A stretch of 64,000 nt of DNA, taken from positions 5,584 to 69,583 of the forward strand of contig JADHNY010000004.1 in assembly GCA_016779265.1 (NCBI GenBank), read 5' to 3'. Under the pieces are notes generated by a model, which was given only the letters and a program-made list of their open reading frames with translations, made no database searches and was not told the origin of the DNA. Both the position numbers and the translations under genes were made by a program. The first letter of the stretch is position 1, and every line of letters begins with the position of its first letter. Positions 29,103 to 38,589 of this stretch are shown here, piece after piece. This DNA is from Pirellulales bacterium (lineage in GTDB: Bacteria; Planctomycetota; Planctomycetia; Pirellulales; UBA1268).

Positions 29103-32100
29103 GTGGACCTTTTTCGGGGGAGTTCGGCCATCGTGTCTGTACGCAACCAGATCTGTCGCCCATCCTGTTCCGTTGTATCACGCTGGTCGCAGACAGCCTG
29201 GTGTCTCCCGGCCCTGATGCTGCTGGCGTTGGTGGTGGCGGTGCCCAACACGCTGGCTGCCGACGAAGATCCCTTCGCCTCTCATGTGCGTCCCACAGAC
29301 CCACTGTCGCCTGAAGAGGAACGGGCTGGCTTTCAGCTTCCTCCCGGCTTCGTCGCAGAACTCGTTGCCGCAGAAGACCAGATCGCGAAGCCGATGAACC
29401 TCGCCTTCGACGATCGTGGTCGACTCTGGGTGAGCTGCTCGCTGGAGTATCCCTACGCGGCCCCGCTCGACGCACCCTCGCGCGATTTCATCAAGGTCTT
29501 CGAAGACCGCGACGGCGATGGCACCTTCGAGACGGCCACGACCTTCGCCGATGGCCTCAACATCCCGATCGGACTCGTGCCCGTCAGCGACGGCGTGATC
29601 TGCTTCAGCATTCCCAACATCTGGCATCTTCGCGACACCGACGGCGATGGTCGCGCCGACGAGCGAAACGTGCTCTATGGCCCGATGGGCTGGGAGCGCG
29701 ACACACACGGCATGTGCAACGCCTTTCGGCCCGGCCCCGATGGCTGGATCTATGCCTGCCATGGCTTCAACAACGAAACCACCGTCAGCGGTCGCGATGG
29801 TCACGCCATCACGATGCAGTCGGGCAACACCTTTCGCTTCCGGCCCGATGGCAGCCGCATCGAACACTACACCTGGGGGCAGGTGAATCCATTCGGCATG
29901 GACTTCGACGCCCACGGCGACCTGTTCACTGCCGACTGCCACACCAAGCCGGTTACCCTGCTCCTCCCTGACGGGCGTTACGAGAGTTTTGGGAAGCCAC
30001 ACGACGGACTGGGGTTTGTGCCGGCGGTGATGGACCACCTGCATGGCTCCACTGCGATCGGTGGCATTGCGATCTACGACGACGTCCGCTTTCCCGAGGC
30101 CTACCGAGGCAGCAGCTTTGGCGGCAACGTGATGACCAGTCGCATCAACCGCAACCGACTTGAGCATGAGGGGGCAACGGTTCAAGCGGTTGCCGAGGAC
30201 GACTTTCTCTCCGCGAGTGACCCCTGGTTTCGGCCGGTCGATCTCCGGATGGGCCCCGACGGAGCCCTCTACGTGGCCGACTTCTACAACCGCATCATTG
30301 GCCACTACGAGGTGCCGCTCGACCATCCTGGTCGTGACCGTACCCGCGGACGTATCTGGCGGATTCGCTACACAGGCAAAGACGCCTTGGTGACGCCTCC
30401 CCTCTCAGCGACCAGGCTCGACCAGCTGAGTTCTCCTGTTCTTGTCGACGCCTTGGCCGACCCCAACAGGCTCAGGCGTTCGCTGGCAATCGAACGGCTC
30501 GTGACCGCGACCACGCCGAACATTCCTGGGCGGCTGGCTGCAATGTCACTGCAAGGCTTCCGCAGTGCCGAGTCGCGTGTGGCAGCCAGCTGGTGTAGAG
30601 CCCGCCGGGGCGAGCTCTCCGCCGCAGAGCTCACGGGCTTTGCGAATGATGCGTCACCGCTGCTTCGCGAGCATGCCATGCGGATTGCAGGTTCTGGCCT
30701 GCTCACTGCGAGCGAGCCGCTGCAAGAGATCATCTGCATCGGACTAAGCGACGAACTCCCACAGGTACAGCGAGCAGCAGCCATGGCGGTGCCGATGCTC
30801 TTCGCCGCCGCTTCAGACGCCACACCCACCCCAGACGTGATCGCGGCATTACTCGCATCGCTTGAGCACGCCTCATCGCGTGACCTGCACCTGCGTCATG
30901 CCCTGAGGATCGCCCTGCGAGACTGCCTGCGGAATCCCTCAACACTCAAGACCGTGGCGAACGAAGCCAGCGACCCAGCCACCGCAGCGACGGTCGCTGA
31001 CATTTGCCTCGGGCTCGATTCACAACAGGCTGCCGACCTGATCGTGAACTACCTCGCGGACCACGGGGAAGAGGATCCAGCTCGCCTGCGGAGCTTTGTG
31101 GAGCACGCGGCCACACGCGCCTCTGCAGACGGACTCGCAACCCTGGCCTCCGTGGCCCAGGAGCAGTTTGCCAACAACCTGAGTTTTCAGCTCGAACTCC
31201 TCGAGGCGGCCCGTCGCGGTCTCGACCGCCAAGGGAAGCCTGCCAGCGACAGCCTGAGGAACTGGGCAGCCGCCACGGCCCGCGAGCTGCTCCAGCTGGA
31301 TGAGCAGGACCGCCCAGCCGAGCACACGATTCCTCTCTCGTGGGCTGCCTCAGCGTTGCCCGGTATCCCGGGCGACAGCGAGCCGTGGCCGCTTCAGCCA
31401 AGGCCATCGGCGGATGGGGTTGAGGCGACATTTCGCTGCAGCCTCCTGCGAGGTGAGCAGTGGCGTGGCCAGACCCGTTCGGCTGCGTTTCCGATTGGCG
31501 AACAGTTCTCATTCTTTCTTGCCGGACATGCGGGCTACCCCGACATGCCGGCCCATTCGAAAAACGCCGTTCGCCTCCTCGACGCTGCCAGCGGCGAACT
31601 GCTGCGGGAAGCCATCCCGCCTCGTAACGACACGGCCCAGCAGGTCAGTTGGAACACCACCGATATCGCCGGTCGCTCAGTCATCGTTGAGATCGTTGAT
31701 GGCGACGAGGGAGATGCCTATGCCTGGCTCGCCGTCGGTCGCTTCTCTGTCGATGCCCTCAACCCAACGGCTGTGGACACACAACGCCAAGCCGCTGCCT
31801 CGCTCGTTGAGGGCTACCGACTCGCCAGCCTGCTCAACCCGCTGGGACTGTTGATCACGGAACTACCTGCGACGCGAGCCACGCAGCGTGCGGTGGCTGA
31901 GGCGTTCAACAGTTTTGAACCGGATGCACGACTCGATGCCGTGGCAGTGGCCCTCACGATGCAGGCAGCGAGCAGCGAACAGCGAGCGGCAGCAGGGCGA
32001 CAGATCGTCGGCAGACAGGCCTCCGCTGCCGAGGAGTTGCTGCCAGAGCTGCTTCGCGTGGCCAACACACAACAGCAGCGTGCGATCGCCACGCGACTTG

Positions 32101-32729
32101 CGGCCGATGACGCGGGCGGCCTGCTGCTGGCCTCGGTTGTGGAGCGAGGGCTCTGCTCACCCCGCATCCTCAACGACCCTGCCGTCGCGACGAAGCTCGA
32201 GGGGCTTCGCACGAAGGAACTGCAGCATCGGCTGCAGGCACTCGCCGCCACGGCACCAGAGGTGGATGCCGTTCTGGCTCGACTGATCGACGATCGCCGA
32301 AAGGAATACCGTGAGCATCCGGGGGACGCTGACGCTGGGCTCGACGTCTTTCGTAAGCACTGCGTCAACTGCCACCAGGTTGCCGGCAATGGCGCCAAGG
32401 TTGGCCCTCAGCTCGATGGCATCGGCAACCGTGGGCTCAACCGGGTGACCGAAGACATGCTCGATCCCAACCGGAATGTCGATGTCGCATTCCGTACCAC
32501 CACGTTCGTCACCGACGACGGCCGTGTGCTCTCTGGCCTGGTGACGAATGAAACGGACGACGCCGTGGTGTGTGTCGACCAGCAGGGCAAGGAGTTTGTC
32601 GTGCCGACAGGCAGCATCGATGAGCGGAAGATCTCCACTCTCTCGCTGATGCCGGCCAACTTCCATGAAACGCTCACGCCCGAAGAGATCCGTAGTCTCC
32701 TGAGCTATCTCCTTTCGCTGAGGAACTGA
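29103..32729 (+). CDS. PVC-type membrane-bound dehydrogenase with beta-propeller, HEAT repeats and C-terminal c-type heme (CxxCH)
   Basis: FQLPPGFVAELVAAE...KPMNLAFDDRGRLWV; FRPVDLRMGPDGALYVADFYN; HCVNCHQ; GPQLDGIG; SLMP. Start uncertain (29103-29217). Confidence 0.9.
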   Translation: MDLFRGSSAIVSVRNQICRPSCSVVSRWSQTAWCLPALMLLALVVAVPNTLAADEDPFASHVRPTDPLSPEEERAGFQLPPGFVAELVAAEDQIAKPMNLAFDDRGRLWVSCSLEYPYAAPLDAPSRDFIKVFEDRDGDGTFETATTFADGLNIPIGLVPVSDGVICFSIPNIWHLRDTDGDGRADERNVLYGPMGWERDTHGMCNAFRPGPDGWIYACHGFNNETTVSGRDGHAITMQSGNTFRFRPDGSRIEHYTWGQVNPFGMDFDAHGDLFTADCHTKPVTLLLPDGRYESFGKPHDGLGFVPAVMDHLHGSTAIGGIAIYDDVRFPEAYRGSSFGGNVMTSRINRNRLEHEGATVQAVAEDDFLSASDPWFRPVDLRMGPDGALYVADFYNRIIGHYEVPLDHPGRDRTRGRIWRIRYTGKDALVTPPLSATRLDQLSSPVLVDALADPNRLRRSLAIERLVTATTPNIPGRLAAMSLQGFRSAESRVAASWCRARRGELSAAELTGFANDASPLLREHAMRIAGSGLLTASEPLQEIICIGLSDELPQVQRAAAMAVPMLFAAASDATPTPDVIAALLASLEHASSRDLHLRHALRIALRDCLRNPSTLKTVANEASDPATAATVADICLGLDSQQAADLIVNYLADHGEEDPARLRSFVEHAATRASADGLATLASVAQEQFANNLSFQLELLEAARRGLDRQGKPASDSLRNWAAATARELLQLDEQDRPAEHTIPLSWAASALPGIPGDSEPWPLQPRPSADGVEATFRCSLLRGEQWRGQTRSAAFPIGEQFSFFLAGHAGYPDMPAHSKNAVRLLDAASGELLREAIPPRNDTAQQVSWNTTDIAGRSVIVEIVDGDEGDAYAWLAVGRFSVDALNPTAVDTQRQAAASLVEGYRLASLLNPLGLLITELPATRATQRAVAEAFNSFEPDARLDAVAVALTMQAASSEQRAAAGRQIVGRQASAAEELLPELLRVANTQQQRAIATRLAADDAGGLLLASVVERGLCSPRILNDPAVATKLEGLRTKELQHRLQALAATAPEVDAVLARLIDDRRKEYREHPGDADAGLDVFRKHCVNCHQVAGNGAKVGPQLDGIGNRGLNRVTEDMLDPNRNVDVAFRTTTFVTDDGRVLSGLVTNETDDAVVCVDQQGKEFVVPTGSIDERKISTLSLMPANFHETLTPEEIRSLLSYLLSLRN

Positions 32730-32737
32730 CGCGGGAT

Positions 32738-33538
32738 ATGAGCCCCACCTGTCTCGTGCGGGCCCTCTCGGCCGCCTGTCTCACAGCGACGTGCGTCATC
32801 GCCGGCAACCTGCCGCCCGCCAACGCAGCAGGTGTGCAGAAGCAGACGCACCGCATCGACACCGGGAGCGACCGGATCGAGGTCGACTTCTATTACGTGC
32901 CGGGTAGCGTTCCAAAGCCCGTGGCGGTCGTATCGCACGGCTTTCTCGGCAACCGTCATCGGATGGCAGCCTGGGGACGCCGGCTGGCAGCGGATGGGTT
33001 TCTCGTCGCGGTACCAACCAACCCCGCCATCGTGAGCATCGATCGCAACGTCAGCAGCCTCCGATTTCTGCTCACCCGCGGCAGCCAGAGCCGCTGGCCG
33101 ATCCCGGTCGTAAGCAATGGCCAGACAGTGCTCATCGGCTTCTCAAAAGGCGGACTGGAGACCCTACTGGTTGCCGCCTCACACGCTGTGCCCCTGCAGG
33201 CCTGGGTTGGTCTCGACCCGGTCGATCGGGATCAGCGGGGCAGCGTCGCTGCCCGCCAAGTGCAGGTGCCAGGACTCGCCATTCTCGCCGCCCCATCCCC
33301 GATGAATGCCTACGGCAATGCCCGCGCGATGCTGGCCTGCTACGCCGGCCCCCTGCAGATAAAACGGGTTCCCGGAGCCAGGCATGTCGAGGCGGAGTCT
33401 CCTGACTGGCCTGCTGATCCGAACACCTTTCAACGGTTTGCCTCAGAGGTCAGCCGATTCCTCAAGACGACGTTGAACGCTCCCACCGCCCCACCACTCC
33501 CCAACGCCCTCAAGATCGGCGATTTTCCGCAACCTTGA
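32738..33538 (+). CDS. Secreted alpha/beta hydrolase, chlorophyllase/cutinase-like
   Basis: VVSHGF; nucleophile elbow GFSKGG; GLDPVD; GARH. Confidence 0.7.
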   Translation: MSPTCLVRALSAACLTATCVIAGNLPPANAAGVQKQTHRIDTGSDRIEVDFYYVPGSVPKPVAVVSHGFLGNRHRMAAWGRRLAADGFLVAVPTNPAIVSIDRNVSSLRFLLTRGSQSRWPIPVVSNGQTVLIGFSKGGLETLLVAASHAVPLQAWVGLDPVDRDQRGSVAARQVQVPGLAILAAPSPMNAYGNARAMLACYAGPLQIKRVPGARHVEAESPDWPADPNTFQRFASEVSRFLKTTLNAPTAPPLPNALKIGDFPQP

Positions 33539-33651
33539 TCGTTTTGCCACGTTCAAGAGTGCATCGCACCACATGCTCACAACGCAGCTGGCCACTCTCC
33601 GGAGTGTTGCCGAAGCTTTCGTGAGTGCCTACGAGAAAACCACCTTAAGAC

Positions 33652-35043
33652 ATGCCGCAGCATCTGTCTGACACACCGTGGGATATCGGGATACTTGGCG
33701 GAGGGCCAGGAGGTCTTCTCACCGCCCGCATGCTCGAACAGACGGCGGCCGTTCCCCCTTCGATCAGCATCATCGAGGCGAGTGATCGCATTGGCGGGAA
33801 GGTGCTCACTGGCATGTTCAATGCCCTGCCTGTGCCCTACGAGGCTGGGGCCGCCGAGCTCTATGACTACTCGGCCATCGATGAGGATCCTCTCAAGCAG
33901 CTGATTGCTGATCTTGGCCTACCGATTCAGCCGCTCGACGGCTCGTCCCTGATCCACAACGATCAGCTGATCGGCAACCTCGACGACCTGCGAGATTCGC
34001 TCGGCAGCGAGGCAGCGGCAGCACTCGTGCAGTTTCACCATCGCGGCCGCGATCGTCTCTCGCCACGTGAGTTCTACGAAGCCCTCCCTGTTCCCTCGCT
34101 CGATGGCTGTGAAGGCGGCTCCTTCGAGACGCTGCTGGCGTCGATTCAATCGCCAGCAGCCCGCCGCTACGTGGAGCGGTTTATCCATAGCGACCTCGCC
34201 ACCGAGGCGAGTCGGACAAGCCGCCGCTACGGCTTGGAAAACTATCTGATGAACGATCCGGCCTACATGCAGCTCTACTGCGTGGCTGGTGGAAACGAGC
34301 AGCTGATCGAGGCCATCGTCTCCCGTCTTTCGGCTCAGATTGAGCGGCAGGTGCGGGCCATCTCAGTGGGCCGTGGAGCTGATGGCCGACTGACCGTCGA
34401 GACAGAGTCTGCAGGAGGGCGATCGCAGCGATCCTTCGATGCGGTTGTCCTCGCCCTCCCGATTGAGCCCCTCAAACATCTCCGTTTCCACGGCGATGGC
34501 CTGCACACTGCCATGCAGCGGCACATTGCCCATCACGATCATCCGGCCGACTACCTGCGTGTCTCGATCCTGTTCGATAAGGCTTTCTGGAGAGGCCGCT
34601 GGGATGACGCTTACTGCATGCTCGAAGACTTCGACGGCTGCTGTCTCTACGATGAGTCCGCTCGGGATCCTGCCGAAGACCATGGCGTCCTCGGCTGGCT
34701 GCTCGGCGGCGAAGCAGCCGTAGCCTGGAGCCAGCGACCGGATGCAGAGATTGTCGAAGCGGCCATCTCTGCCCTTCCCTCCTGGCTCCGCGAACCAGCT
34801 CGACACCACCAGCTGGAGGTCCGCGTTCATCGCTGGATCGGCGCCGTCAGCAGCCTGCCTGGTGGCTGGCAGCCGCTTCCGCTCGACCGCCGGCATCAGC
34901 CCGATGCCACCGATCACCCCACCCTTTTCGTTGTTGGTGACTACCTGTTCGATTCGACGCTCAATGGCGTTCACGATTCGGCCGAGTATGTTGCAGATTG
35001 GCTGACCACACTGATGCTCGACCGCCCAGGATCTCCCGCATGA
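33652..35043 (+). CDS. Flavin-dependent amine oxidoreductase family protein
   Basis: GILGGGPGGL; EASDRIGGK; GAAEL; GGNEQL; FDAVVLALP; C-terminal VGDY...TLNGVHDSA. Confidence 0.8.
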   Translation: MPQHLSDTPWDIGILGGGPGGLLTARMLEQTAAVPPSISIIEASDRIGGKVLTGMFNALPVPYEAGAAELYDYSAIDEDPLKQLIADLGLPIQPLDGSSLIHNDQLIGNLDDLRDSLGSEAAAALVQFHHRGRDRLSPREFYEALPVPSLDGCEGGSFETLLASIQSPAARRYVERFIHSDLATEASRTSRRYGLENYLMNDPAYMQLYCVAGGNEQLIEAIVSRLSAQIERQVRAISVGRGADGRLTVETESAGGRSQRSFDAVVLALPIEPLKHLRFHGDGLHTAMQRHIAHHDHPADYLRVSILFDKAFWRGRWDDAYCMLEDFDGCCLYDESARDPAEDHGVLGWLLGGEAAVAWSQRPDAEIVEAAISALPSWLREPARHHQLEVRVHRWIGAVSSLPGGWQPLPLDRRHQPDATDHPTLFVVGDYLFDSTLNGVHDSAEYVADWLTTLMLDRPGSPA

Positions 35044-35819
35044 ACGCCGATTCCACCGTCGCTCCACTCGCCACGCCCATGCTGCCGGAAGGCGTGCCGG
35101 CGGGGAGCCGAATCGAGCTTCTACCGTCTGCCGACGGTGGAAGCCACGCCCTTCTGCTCGTGCCAGCCGGCACCGGTGAGTCTCTGGACGTTGTCGAGGC
35201 CGCACGATGTTGGGTGGCAGAGTCGGTGGCGGCAGACAGCCGCGGGCCAATCGCGTTCCCCGTTCTGCTTCGACTCTACAACGTCGAACTCGCATGGTCC
35301 CCCACCCGTTCGGCAGCGATCGCCGTCGAGGAGCGGTTTGCCACCATTCGAGATGCAGTGGTCGACTTCACGAACCTCGAAGCAGAACTCCACGGAATCG
35401 AAACTGGCATCGCCGAGGCATGGCCCAACTACGAGGCCGATCTCTCGTTTGCCTATGGCTTTACCGAGGCGACCCTTGGACAGCGAGAGCGGCTGCTTGG
35501 ACGGTATGCCCAGGTGATGTCACTGCACGGCCGCCTGGCCAGGCTCACCCGCCGCATCACCCAGCCTGCGCCACAGCCCCCCACTCTCGCCGGCCAGATT
35601 GGCGAACGCCTCCGCGAGCGGCTCCGTGTTGAAGAACGTGACGAGGCTGCCGATGGTGAACTGGAAGTACTCTGCGGCCACTACGATGCCTGCGGCCAGC
35701 GGGCCAGTGACTACACCATCGCCCGGCGCGAGAACATGCTCTCCTGGACGATCATCATCCTCCTGGTGATCGAGACCCTCTTGTTTGCGGCCGACCTGCT
35801 CGCTTCGGCAGGAACCTGA
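35040..35819 (+). CDS. Hypothetical membrane protein with DUF155/RMD1-like C-terminus
   Basis: ATGA overlap with the upstream gene; long amphipathic helices; ends RENMLSWTIIILLVIE (one TM), as in DUF155 proteins. Confidence 0.6.
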   Translation: MNADSTVAPLATPMLPEGVPAGSRIELLPSADGGSHALLLVPAGTGESLDVVEAARCWVAESVAADSRGPIAFPVLLRLYNVELAWSPTRSAAIAVEERFATIRDAVVDFTNLEAELHGIETGIAEAWPNYEADLSFAYGFTEATLGQRERLLGRYAQVMSLHGRLARLTRRITQPAPQPPTLAGQIGERLRERLRVEERDEAADGELEVLCGHYDACGQRASDYTIARRENMLSWTIIILLVIETLLFAADLLASAGT

Positions 35820-35823
35820 CCGC

Positions 35824-36990
35824 ATGCGTCACCTGTCGATCGACATCCTGAGAACAGCTGCCATCTTCATGATGGTGGTCGTGCACTTTGTCGAGAATCT
35901 CTCTGCGACGTATGAGACACAGGCCTCGGGCGGCCATCCGCTGAACCCATGGTGGCTGCCGGCCGGCCTCGCAGCACCATTGTTTACCCTGCTGACTGGC
36001 GTGAGCTATGCGATCTGGCTCGGTGTTCAGCAGCGGCGTGGTGTCGCCGATGCCGCAATCAGTCGCCGTACCGTCCGACGCGGTCTGTTTCTGCTCGGCC
36101 TTGGCGTCACCTTCAACGTTCTCGTCTGGCTGCCAGAAGACACCTTTAACTGGGATGTGCTCACGCTGATCGGAACAGCGATGCTCATGCTTGCAATGGT
36201 GCGGCATGTACCCCTCCCGGTGCCAGTGGGCATCGGCCTGGCAGCGATGTTCGTGGCGCCCGTCTTGCGATCCATCGCCGACTACCCTGCCTACTGGCAG
36301 AACTACCACTTCGACTACGACTTCACACTCAGCGATGTCACGCTCGGCTTTCTGGCCGTCGGCTACTTCCCCGTCTGCCCTTGGCTGCTCTACCCGCTTG
36401 TCGGCTTTGTGGTGGGTCGCACTGTTTTTCGTGATCCTACGTCATCGGCAGCGACCCACACCGTCGGCAGCCGCACGCTTCTCATGCTCGGTGGCCTCCT
36501 CCTCTCAGCAGCAGCGGTGGCCTCACTCCTGAGCCTGCTGCAGACCACTGTGACCAGCGAAAGCTGGCGGCCACCTGGCTGGACGATGTTTCCTCCCTCT
36601 CCCAGCTACCTGCTGGGGACCCTTGCCGCTGGATTTCTTCTCTTGGGATCGTTGCATGCGTTGGTCGACATGCCGACGCCACCAGCTGCGAGCAGTCGGC
36701 CTCGTGTCGTGCTGCCACCTCGGATCACCGCCTACTTCAATCGAATCAGCCGACACTCACTCTCGATCTACCTGCTTCACCATGTCGTCCACATCTGGCC
36801 CCTCTGGGTGTATGGAGTGGCCACGGCAGGTGAGCCGACCGCCCACTGGCAGTCATTCATGCCGGCCTGGGCAGCCGCGATACTCGCCCTCGCTTTCTAC
36901 GCGGTGTGTGGCCCACTCTTCGCCTGGCTCGACGAGCGTGGCTTCCCCACCGCAGAGTCGGTGATGCGATGGGTCTGCGACGAAGGCTGA
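35824..36990 (+). CDS. DUF1624 / HGSNAT-like transmembrane acyltransferase
   Basis: SIDILRTAAIFMMVVVH; AAPLFTLLTG; DVLTLIG; GYFPVCPW; SLSIYLLH; about 10 TM segments. Confidence 0.8.
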   Translation: MRHLSIDILRTAAIFMMVVVHFVENLSATYETQASGGHPLNPWWLPAGLAAPLFTLLTGVSYAIWLGVQQRRGVADAAISRRTVRRGLFLLGLGVTFNVLVWLPEDTFNWDVLTLIGTAMLMLAMVRHVPLPVPVGIGLAAMFVAPVLRSIADYPAYWQNYHFDYDFTLSDVTLGFLAVGYFPVCPWLLYPLVGFVVGRTVFRDPTSSAATHTVGSRTLLMLGGLLLSAAAVASLLSLLQTTVTSESWRPPGWTMFPPSPSYLLGTLAAGFLLLGSLHALVDMPTPPAASSRPRVVLPPRITAYFNRISRHSLSIYLLHHVVHIWPLWVYGVATAGEPTAHWQSFMPAWAAAILALAFYAVCGPLFAWLDERGFPTAESVMRWVCDEG

Positions 36991-37118
36991 CGCCACTATC
37001 TCTGGCCGTGCGGTCGTGGTCGCCGCCGCTACAATCAGCTCCACCAGTCAGCACAGCAGCTTAGCTACAGCCAGCAACTGCCACATCCACATCATCTTCC
37101 CTGTTTGAAAGCCACCAG

Positions 37119-38384
37119 ATGATCGCCTCACACCACCGTCGGGCTCACCACCTCGCATGCCTGGCCCTGCTCACAACGCTGTTGAGTGTTGTGTGTGCGA
37201 TGGCAACCGCAGCTGACTGGGCGGGCTGGCGAGGACCAACTCGCGACGGCGTTGCACCAACGGGTGAAACACTTCCCCTGACATGGTCGAACGAGAGCAA
37301 CGTGCTGTGGGAGGCTGACGTACCCGGTCGGGGCCACGGCTCGCCGTGTGTTGCCGGCAACACGATCTACCTGGCCACCTGCGATGAAGGCGACGGCAGT
37401 CAGGCGGTGCTCGCCTACGACCGCGAAACCGGCCGTCGGCTCTGGCAGCAGCAGGTGCATGCAGCGGGAGGCATGCGAAAAAACGAACGCTCAACCGCGG
37501 CTTCAGCAACCGTGGCCTGCGATGGCAACGCCGTTTATATTGCCTTTCCAAACGGGGGGCGACTCGTGGCGACCGCCCTCTCCCTCGACGGAAAACTGCT
37601 CTGGCAGACACCGATCAGCGACTACGAGATTCACCAAGGCTACGGGGCATCGCCGCTGCTCTACAGCAACCTTGTGATTATCTCTGCCGACAACAAGTCG
37701 GGGGGAGCGATCGCTGCTCTCGACCGCAGCTCCGGCAAGGTCGTCTGGCGTGTGGAACGCCCGGCCACCCCCAACTACCCATCGCCGATCGTGCATCACC
37801 TGTTCGGTCGTGATCAGCTGATCATGACCGGCTGTGACAAGGTTGCCTCCTACGATCCTGAGAACGGCGAGGTGATCTGGGAGATCGAGGGAGCGACCAC
37901 CGAGTGCGTGACGACCACCGTCACCGATGGCGAGCGGGTCTACTCCTCGGGAGGCTATCCCCGCAACCATGTGGCGGCGATCCGTGCTGACGGCTCGGGC
38001 ACGATCGACTGGGATCTTGGCCAGCGGCTCTACGTACCTTCGATGATCTATCACGATGGCCATCTCTATGCGGTGCTCGATGCGGGCATCGCCGTCTGCT
38101 GGAACTCCGCTACGGGCGAAGAGCGGTGGAAGCAACGGCTCGGCGGCACGTTCAGCGCGTCGCCCGTGCTCGTGGGCGACACGATTCTCGTCACCAGTGA
38201 AGAAGGAATCTCGCACCTCTTCCGTGCCACTCCCGAAGGCTTTGAATCGCTTGGTGAGAACTCGCTAGGTGATCAGGTGTTTGCCTCACCGGCGGTCTGT
38301 GACGGCCGGCTCTACTTCCGCGTGGCGGATTTCGAGGGGGACGTGCGTCGCGAGCGGCTCGTGTGCGTCGGAGCGGGCTCCTGA
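37119..38384 (+). CDS. PQQ-like beta-propeller repeat protein
   Basis: ADWAGWRGPTRDG; LPLTWS; GHGSP; YGASP; FSASP; VFASPAV. Confidence 0.9.
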   Translation: MIASHHRRAHHLACLALLTTLLSVVCAMATAADWAGWRGPTRDGVAPTGETLPLTWSNESNVLWEADVPGRGHGSPCVAGNTIYLATCDEGDGSQAVLAYDRETGRRLWQQQVHAAGGMRKNERSTAASATVACDGNAVYIAFPNGGRLVATALSLDGKLLWQTPISDYEIHQGYGASPLLYSNLVIISADNKSGGAIAALDRSSGKVVWRVERPATPNYPSPIVHHLFGRDQLIMTGCDKVASYDPENGEVIWEIEGATTECVTTTVTDGERVYSSGGYPRNHVAAIRADGSGTIDWDLGQRLYVPSMIYHDGHLYAVLDAGIAVCWNSATGEERWKQRLGGTFSASPVLVGDTILVTSEEGISHLFRATPEGFESLGENSLGDQVFASPAVCDGRLYFRVADFEGDVRRERLVCVGAGS

Positions 38385-38589
38385 GCACCGGGGCCTCGAC
38401 GCGGCCCCCACTTCGTGCAGGCCTCCCAAGCCACCAGGGCATACCGGCAGCCCGTAGAGCATGGGTAAGCGGGCGAAACCTCCATTCTTCCGGTCATCCT
38501 TAGCACGGCTGCGGACGATACTCGCGGTAGTTTGCGGTGACTTTTTGCAAGAGCTGCCGCTCGCGATTCCCCGGAAACCACGGCTCGCC

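Noticed and set aside
29003-29251. N-terminal extension of the sulfatase ORF; similar extensions on ORFs 4974-7682, 13898-16222, 15937-17361, 17718-18818 and 18559-19770
   Set aside because: They overlap neighbouring genes, and downstream starts give proper signal peptides or family N-termini. I see no sign of frameshifts or true overlaps.
38534-38549. GCGGTGACTTTTTGCA as a sigma54 site before the porin
   Set aside because: GG-N9-GC spacing is one base short, and the -24 context is poor.
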